Origin: a virus
Direction: 5' to 3' (one strand)
IMG/VR virus record: IMGVR_UViG_3300036770_001537
DNA: 64,000 bases
The notes beneath the pieces are model-generated. The model searched no databases. It was not told the origin of the DNA and saw only the letters and a list, made by a program, of their open reading frames with translations. This document shows positions 58,532-64,000 of the stretch, piece after piece. How positions within the stretch are numbered: the stretch's first letter is position 1; each line of letters opens with the position of its first letter. The translations under genes and the position numbers were made by a program.

Positions 58532-58559
58532 TATTATCCCCTAAATCCTGTAATAGACA

Positions 58560-58573
58560 TATTTATATAAATA
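58560..58573. promoter_or_regulatory. overlapping divergent late promoters
   Basis: TATTTATATAAATA = TATAAATA on both strands. Confidence 0.85.
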
Positions 58574-58600
58574 CACAATACAACCCAAAAAGAGTATTCT

Positions 58601-58915
58601 ATGAAAACATTCAAAGACTTTATTCAAGAAGCAAGAACTCAAATCTCACCAGAAGAAAAAGAACAGATCGTCAGGCTATACAACAAGAGAATTAAAGAAA
58701 CTCGTAAGTCTGGTGCTAATTTTAGTATACACTCACTAGCTGATGAGACTGGTTACAGCCATCAAACACTAAGAAGGCATATATTCACTCGTGGTGTTTA
58801 TAACAGTATTGTGGGCAACATTAAAGAGAAAGAACCTGGTTTTGAACACGTAGAAATGAGATTTGGTGCAGGAAGACCTAAGAAAGAGGGCAAACCACAT
58901 AAATGGTCTGGATAG
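58601..58915 (+). CDS. putative capsid-internal HTH protein (MKTFKDFIQE)
   Basis: SIHSLADETGYSHQTLRRH helix-turn-helix. Confidence 0.7.
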   Translation: MKTFKDFIQEARTQISPEEKEQIVRLYNKRIKETRKSGANFSIHSLADETGYSHQTLRRHIFTRGVYNSIVGNIKEKEPGFEHVEMRFGAGRPKKEGKPHKWSG

Positions 58916-58985
58916 CAGGAATTTGTCAGTGTTCTATATTTGATAAATATATTCAAATTATATAACATAGACGAGGTATAATGTA

Positions 58986-59489
58986 ATGTATAACGGGTCC
59001 GAAAAACATAAGAATAATTTAGAATTTGCAAGAAAAAAAGCACTAGTTAAATATCCTTGTTTATTCTGCAATAAAGATTTTACTAAAAGTAATAAAATTA
59101 AACATGAAAAATCTTGTTGGTTAAATCCCGCTAATGTGAAAAAATGTGTTGTTTGCGATTCTCCTATAAAAAACTATAAGGTTAACACTACTTGCGGATA
59201 TTCTTGTTCTAATAAATTATACAGGAGTGGTCCTAATAATGGGTCTTGGAAAGATGACTATTATAGAACAACTTGCTTTTATTATCACAAAAAAGAATGT
59301 GTTGTTTGTAAGGAATCTAATATAGTAGAAGTTCATCATTTAGATGAAAATCAAAAAAATAACGACCCATCCAACTTAATTCCTCTATGTCCAACACATC
59401 ATCAATATTGGCATTCGAAATATAAACATTTAGTACAACACATTGTTGAAGAATATATTACAAATTGGATAAATGGTCAGCCTAAGTGA
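58986..59489 (+). CDS. HNH endonuclease
   Basis: CVVC, VEVHHLDENQKNNDPSNLIPLCPTHHQYWH. Confidence 0.88.
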   Translation: MYNGSEKHKNNLEFARKKALVKYPCLFCNKDFTKSNKIKHEKSCWLNPANVKKCVVCDSPIKNYKVNTTCGYSCSNKLYRSGPNNGSWKDDYYRTTCFYYHKKECVVCKESNIVEVHHLDENQKNNDPSNLIPLCPTHHQYWHSKYKHLVQHIVEEYITNWINGQPK

Positions 59490-59495
59490 GTTATG

Positions 59496-59580
59496 CTCTG
59501 GCGGTTGGACTCGAACCAACGACGGACTTTCGCCAACAGATTAACAGTCTGCTCCCTGCTACCAACTCGGGTACACCAGA
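59496..59580 (-). tRNA. trnN: tRNA-Asn(GTT) with long variable arm, no encoded CCA
   Basis: TCTGGTG/CGCCAGA+G; GCAGA-CTGTTAA-TCTGT; variable TGGCGAAAGTCCGTC; GTTGG-TTCGAGT-CCAAC; late promoter 59602-59609. Confidence 0.85.
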
Positions 59581-59604
59581 GCATAACTCACTGGAATATT
59601 CTAT

Positions 59605-60456
59605 TTATACAAGTCTTAGATGCTTTGCTTTGTATTCTGTAACAGGAACACCAACATTCTTCTTCTCAATATCCTTGATAAATGCAATCGACCTTTCAAT
59701 AACAAAGTTCTTTTGCCTATCAAGAGTAATGATATGATAAGAATCATCTAATACAACCAATTCACTTCTACCCGATGATTTCCTGGCAATCTCATATGAG
59801 TTTGAGATGTCTGCAATATCATCGTGTCTAGGATGTAATAGTAGCATAGGAGATTCTATGTTGTCAAGCTTTTTTCTCACGGAAGCTGACATAGCATTGA
59901 ATTGTGCGATAGTTTTTAGTGGTGTTTGAAAATGTCCGGCATCACCATTATCACCATTTTTCATAGAACCAACAACCAAATCTCTTACCCTATCGTCCTT
60001 CAATCCAAACGGATGCCTCTCATCCAACATCATTTTGTGCATTACCATCCAGGGCCTTACATAATGAACCAATGGCATATACTTGGGCATAGACCAACCA
60101 TTCAATACTAATGCAGGTGCATATAGTAAAAGACCATCAATCGCATAGGTATTACGAATTGCCAATTTCAATGCTAATAGAGCACCAGCAGATAAACCAC
60201 CGACAATAATAGTATTGCAATGAGACTTCAAGAAGTAATATGAACGAAGAACACTTGAATACCAATCCTGCCATGTAGATTTATATAGGTCATCTAATGT
60301 TGTACCATGACCGGCTAATTGTGGGCAGTAAACAGTATATCCCTGCTTGTGAATACCATGTGCTACATACTGCATTTCAACTGGTGTACCGCCACATCCA
60401 TGAATGAGAAGAACACCTGTTGAATTACCCTTACGAAAGTACGACTTATCAGACAT
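59605..60456 (-). CDS. alpha/beta-hydrolase carboxylesterase (Est30-like)
   Basis: LLIHG, GHG, GGLSAGA, DDIA, DDSYHIITLD. Confidence 0.9.
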   Translation of the reverse strand: MSDKSYFRKGNSTGVLLIHGCGGTPVEMQYVAHGIHKQGYTVYCPQLAGHGTTLDDLYKSTWQDWYSSVLRSYYFLKSHCNTIIVGGLSAGALLALKLAIRNTYAIDGLLLYAPALVLNGWSMPKYMPLVHYVRPWMVMHKMMLDERHPFGLKDDRVRDLVVGSMKNGDNGDAGHFQTPLKTIAQFNAMSASVRKKLDNIESPMLLLHPRHDDIADISNSYEIARKSSGRSELVVLDDSYHIITLDRQKNFVIERSIAFIKDIEKKNVGVPVTEYKAKHLRLV

Positions 60457-60529
60457 TTATTTTCCTTTAGTTGAACATGGTTCTATTTAGTTCTTTTATA
60501 AATACTTGAAACTCTATTGGGAGAATACT

Positions 60530-61111
60530 ATGAGCACTATTGAAAGAAAAGAGAAGATCAAGATCGAGTATGATGGTTCTAAGATTATCATACGTGGTTC
60601 CACATTCAAAATGGCAGCACCTATGAATATGATGAGTTTGATGGGCATTTATGCTTCTGGTGAAGGAACATCAACCGTTCATTTGATTTTGGATGTTGAA
60701 GACCCTGTTGCTGAACCTGAAGTCAAAGAAGAATCCAAACCAGAAGAAGTCATTGTAGCAAACACTGAACCAACTGTCAATGTCGTAAATACTGAAGTTG
60801 TGGTTGAGGAAGCAGAAATTACTGTCAATACTGCTGTTGAAGTTGCTCCAGAGCCAGTAGTTGAAGTTATTATGATTGATCCTGAAAAGGATGTTGAACC
60901 AGAACCAGTAGTTGAAGTTCTCCCTGAGCCTGAACCAGAAGTCAAAGAAAAAGACGAATTTGATTTATCTGGTGAGAATGTTTCTGGTGGAGTACTTAAG
61001 GAAGTTGAAGACTCTGAGTTTGATATCAATGTAAAGAAAGAACCAAAAAGTGAATTTGATCCTTTCAATACAAAGGGACCAACAGGAGATAAGTGGTCAA
61101 CCTTTGGATAA
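60530..61111 (+). CDS. acidic Glu/Val/Pro-rich late protein
   Basis: Late promoter 60497-60504; GGAG RBS before MSTIERK. Confidence 0.75.
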   Translation: MSTIERKEKIKIEYDGSKIIIRGSTFKMAAPMNMMSLMGIYASGEGTSTVHLILDVEDPVAEPEVKEESKPEEVIVANTEPTVNVVNTEVVVEEAEITVNTAVEVAPEPVVEVIMIDPEKDVEPEPVVEVLPEPEPEVKEKDEFDLSGENVSGGVLKEVEDSEFDINVKKEPKSEFDPFNTKGPTGDKWSTFG

Positions 61112-61114
61112 TTT

Positions 61115-61188
61115 TGGAGCAGGGTACGGGAATCAAACCCGTATCATCGGCTTGGAAGGCCGAGGCACTATCAATATACCAACCCTGC
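61115..61188 (-). tRNA. trnG: tRNA-Gly(TCC)
   Basis: GCAGGGT/ACCCTGC T CCA; TCGGC-CTTCCAA-GCCGA; T-loop TTTGATT. Confidence 0.88.
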
Positions 61189-61194
61189 GTTTTT

Positions 61195-61791
61195 TTATTT
61201 AGGCAATACTTTCAAGTCCATTGCCACCTTATTCATTACGATTGCTGCTGCTGAAGCAACATTGAGAGAACGAAGCACTCCCACTTGTGGAATAGAAAAG
61301 ACTTCTCCTCCATACAAATAATTATGAATCATCATTGAACGAGGAATGCCAACTGCTTCTTCACCAAAGATAAGACATTGTTTGGGCGAATAGTAGAAGT
61401 TGGCACAATTGATATCATAACCACCTTGTTCAATGAATGATGGAGTATAACCGTCACAGAAGATTTCGTCAAGTATTTTTGTCTGCTGTGACTCGTCATT
61501 AACATCTTTCTCGATGAACTTCAAATCGACATAATTTTGAGCACCGACTGTACTACGACGATCAAACCTTTTCCTACCAATAATATACACTCGTTCGGCA
61601 CCAAAGATTACTGCCGTGCGAATAATATTTCCGATGTTCAATCCGCCTTTCAGGTTAAGAAGTCCAATTGAATATGGAAGGCAATTCTTCTTTTGATATG
61701 CCTGTACTTGATCAAGTTGCAGAGACTTAAATTCGTCTGCAACATTAAAATCCATACAGGTATTCAGTTGGTTTTCAGTTAGAGATGTCAT
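61195..61791 (-). CDS. SpoU/TrmH-family RNA 2'-O-methyltransferase
   Basis: NIGNIIRTA..FG, LIFGEEAVGIP, SIPQVGVLRSLNVASAAAI. Confidence 0.92.
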   Translation of the reverse strand: MTSLTENQLNTCMDFNVADEFKSLQLDQVQAYQKKNCLPYSIGLLNLKGGLNIGNIIRTAVIFGAERVYIIGRKRFDRRSTVGAQNYVDLKFIEKDVNDESQQTKILDEIFCDGYTPSFIEQGGYDINCANFYYSPKQCLIFGEEAVGIPRSMMIHNYLYGGEVFSIPQVGVLRSLNVASAAAIVMNKVAMDLKVLPK

Positions 61792-62131
61792 TGACAGTCA
61801 CCCACGTTGATTTTCCATATGTATATTCTTGATATAGTCCGCATTTAGCACAAGTTCTTAGAAATTTTGGAATGATTTGTGCGTGTGTAGTATTAATCCA
61901 GTGATGATCACAATGCGTTTTGACAAACGGATGAATTTTTACAGTGGCTTTAATCAAAGGTTTGTTATTGAATACTGTTCCATTTGGAACGATGTCAATA
62001 ATTTCCCATGGAATAAAACCTTCTGTGCAATATCGTTCGACAACATAACCAACTGTTGGTTCTACATCAAGGATTCTCCCGTGATCTAAAAACTTTCCTT
62101 CTTCATCATAATAGTGCACATAAGTTAGCAT
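61775..62131 (-). CDS. hypothetical protein
   Basis: ORF in coupled run; CDH..CAKC. Confidence 0.55.
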   Translation of the reverse strand: MLTYVHYYDEEGKFLDHGRILDVEPTVGYVVERYCTEGFIPWEIIDIVPNGTVFNNKPLIKATVKIHPFVKTHCDHHWINTTHAQIIPKFLRTCAKCGLYQEYTYGKSTWVTVNDISN

Positions 62132-62484
62132 TGATATTCTTCTTTCACTTGTTCACATATTTCTCTAACTTGTTGCTCGCTTACTTTAACAACGATTTCT
62201 GGCTGTGTTTGTAATTCTTCATAATCGTCAGGATGCACTCTCACAGAATTATGCGGAGTAACAAAACATTGAAGACGAACTTTATGTGGCAAAGCAGGAA
62301 TTAAATATGTCTCGACCACTCGTTTCAAAATTTCTTTGTCTATAGGGAACTCTTGAGTTGTCCAACGAACGTGGTAATTGTTATCATATACAAAATCGCT
62401 GAATAAATCACCATCTCCGAATCCCCCCTTTGACAGAAGGTCATGTGAATGTAATTCAAATACTCGTTCCATTGTCATCCTCAA
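62125..62484 (-). CDS. hypothetical protein
   Basis: LLSKGGFGDGD..TPHNSVR. Confidence 0.65.
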   Translation of the reverse strand: MRMTMERVFELHSHDLLSKGGFGDGDLFSDFVYDNNYHVRWTTQEFPIDKEILKRVVETYLIPALPHKVRLQCFVTPHNSVRVHPDDYEELQTQPEIVVKVSEQQVREICEQVKEEYQC

Positions 62485-62756
62485 AAGTTATCATCAAGTG
62501 GTGAATCGGAAGGTTTGTCTGTGTTTGGTGGAAACGAATCCATAAAAGCCTTCCGGGCAATACTAATGTGTTCCAGATATAGGAGTTGAACTTTTTCGTG
62601 AGAAAATTCGACGTAATCGAAACCAATTTTTCTCAAAGCCGAACGAAGACGCTCAATTTCTTCTTGTGCGTTTTCAAGTTCTATTTTCTTATCACAATAT
62701 GCTTGCCAAAGAGCAATGTTTGCTTCTTGGACAATTTCATTCATATCAGTCATCAC
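62481..62756 (-). CDS. hypothetical protein
   Basis: coupled ORF; EIERLR. Confidence 0.6.
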   Translation of the reverse strand: MMTDMNEIVQEANIALWQAYCDKKIELENAQEEIERLRSALRKIGFDYVEFSHEKVQLLYLEHISIARKAFMDSFPPNTDKPSDSPLDDNF

Positions 62757-63000
62757 GAAACTCCTCTATCAAATATTCTCTTTCTGATTTGTATCGTCTG
62801 TTAAATCGTTCATATTTTAACTTATACTCAGGATATTCGTTTTCTAAATTTTCTAGTACCATATCCAGCAGTTCTTTTTTCTGATTCCGAAGACGTTCAA
62901 TTTCTTGGATTGCATCATAAGCACATGATGCTTCAGTATAGAGTCCTGTCATATCGTTAGCTTCTGCATATGCACGAAGTCTATCAACAATATCAGTCAT
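62746..63000 (-). CDS. hypothetical protein
   Basis: MTDIVDRLR..AIQEIERLR, a common phage motif. Confidence 0.65.
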   Translation of the reverse strand: MTDIVDRLRAYAEANDMTGLYTEASCAYDAIQEIERLRNQKKELLDMVLENLENEYPEYKLKYERFNRRYKSEREYLIEEFRDD

Positions 63001-63003
63001 TTT

Positions 63004-63279
63004 TCAATTCCTTTGTAGATGGTCGATTAATGCTTGAATGGAAGATGCATATAGGACACAAAAACCAATTGGAGTATCTGGATAGAATTGTAGTTTCCAA
63101 ACAGAATTTTCCATCATGGCCTTTAAATAATCGTCTTGTGATATCCAACAAGACGAGTCATATTCATAATATCCATCTGCTTCTTTATACATAGGAGCAT
63201 GTTCATCATTCCAAGTTAGAATAATTGAAGAGTATTTACCTTTGACTAATGATCTTAGAAAAGATTCTACATCACTCAT
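63004..63279 (-). CDS. hypothetical protein
   Basis: WKLQFYPDTPIGF; start MSDVE. Confidence 0.6.
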   Translation of the reverse strand: MSDVESFLRSLVKGKYSSIILTWNDEHAPMYKEADGYYEYDSSCWISQDDYLKAMMENSVWKLQFYPDTPIGFCVLYASSIQALIDHLQRN

Positions 63280-63547
63280 CTTTCTTCTCCCAATGAGCAC
63301 AGAAAAATTCTGCTCTTGTATATAGAGATGCAGCATAACTTGAACCATCTTGAGTAAACATCAACTGGTCTTTATATTCAGGAATGATTTCCAATTTAGT
63401 TCTCCCGTCAATAACAACCCATTCTTCTACATCAAATAATTGAACTGCTTTGTCACATCGGCGAACTGCTCGGTTACTATTATATCGAGGATTTAAAGTG
63501 TCCCAATGTTTGCAAGTCTTACATTTCTTACATTTCTTACATTTCAT
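63272..63547 (-). CDS. hypothetical Cys-rich protein
   Basis: CKTCKHW..FFCAHWE. Confidence 0.6.
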   Translation of the reverse strand: MKCKKCKKCKTCKHWDTLNPRYNSNRAVRRCDKAVQLFDVEEWVVIDGRTKLEIIPEYKDQLMFTQDGSSYAASLYTRAEFFCAHWEKKDE

Positions 63548-63836
63548 TTAACAATCCTTTTTCTTTAAGGAGTTTAATTCTCTTTTCTCGGATTAATTCG
63601 GATTTGCTTTTCTTACTTTCTGCTTGTTTTTGTGCTATTTCTTGATATGTTAACCGTCCATTAGATTTCCAATATTCTCGGAGTTTTTGTTTGTCATCAT
63701 CTTTAATAGTATTGTAAATCATCATCACACAACTACAGTATGGATCATCTTTATTCTCTGGTCCAACACAAGCACAAGGATAACTAGTTTGTAGATCAAG
63801 ACTTTTAATAAAATCATCGAAACTTATTTTGCTCAT
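63537..63836 (-). CDS. hypothetical early protein
   Basis: CACVGP....PYCSC; promoter TTGACA-17-TAAGAT at 63870-63898. Confidence 0.65.
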   Translation of the reverse strand: MSKISFDDFIKSLDLQTSYPCACVGPENKDDPYCSCVMMIYNTIKDDDKQKLREYWKSNGRLTYQEIAQKQAESKKSKSELIREKRIKLLKEKGLLNEM

Positions 63837-64000
63837 TTATTAAATTCCTTAATATCAAAAGACCAGATGATCTTACACCATCTGGTCTAGGTTGTCAAGC
63901 AGTCTTTAGTTCTAGAATATCACAAATTTCTTTGTAACTTTTACAAAGTTCATTAAAACATTCTTTCGCCTTTTCAATATCTTTTGGAGTTTCTTCTTTC

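Noticed and set aside
3009-63194. Numerous antisense or alternate-frame ORFs (e.g. 3191-3475, 17042-17491, 31762-32433, 42337-42897, 50678-51277, 60679-61068)
   Set aside because: Shadows of well-supported genes, with no RBS or recognisable motifs
1-64000. Stop-codon reassignment
   Set aside because: Core genes translate full-length in the standard code and no suppressor anticodon was found

Overview
This is a 64-kb segment of a large T4-like myovirus genome, most likely infecting an Alphaproteobacterium: the tmRNA is circularly permuted and its tag, ANDNAPFETRLAA, is alphaproteobacterial-type. In order it holds: a baseplate/tail module (DUF4815/VrlC-like, gp8, 7, 6, 25, a split gp5, hub, 53, 48, 4, 2, 54, 26, 51, and a 1242-aa multi-hydrolase tail protein); replication and late-transcription genes (gp32, 59, 33, RNase H, gp61 primase, ThyX, class II NrdJ, glutaredoxin); an early region built from repeated sigma70-type promoter cassettes; auxiliary genes (SpeD-like, PhoH, DenV-like, GalE-like, Dps, C1A protease, esterase, SpoU); a probable holin/spanin cassette; several free-standing endonucleases; a two-piece tmRNA; and four tRNA or tRNA-like genes, all structurally deviant. 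The main observations are: (1) a conserved, covarying two-hairpin leader between a late promoter and two related HNH genes 30 kb apart; (2) about 11 unrelated proteins sharing a T4 internal-protein capsid-targeting-like N-terminus, including a kinase-like protein, plus apparent protease-processed polyproteins; (3) a D-arm-less tRNA-Arg-like RNA, and a long-variable-arm tRNA-Asn that lacks CCA and sits inside a 12-bp extension of its acceptor stem. All protein assignments come from recognising motifs by eye; no searches were run.
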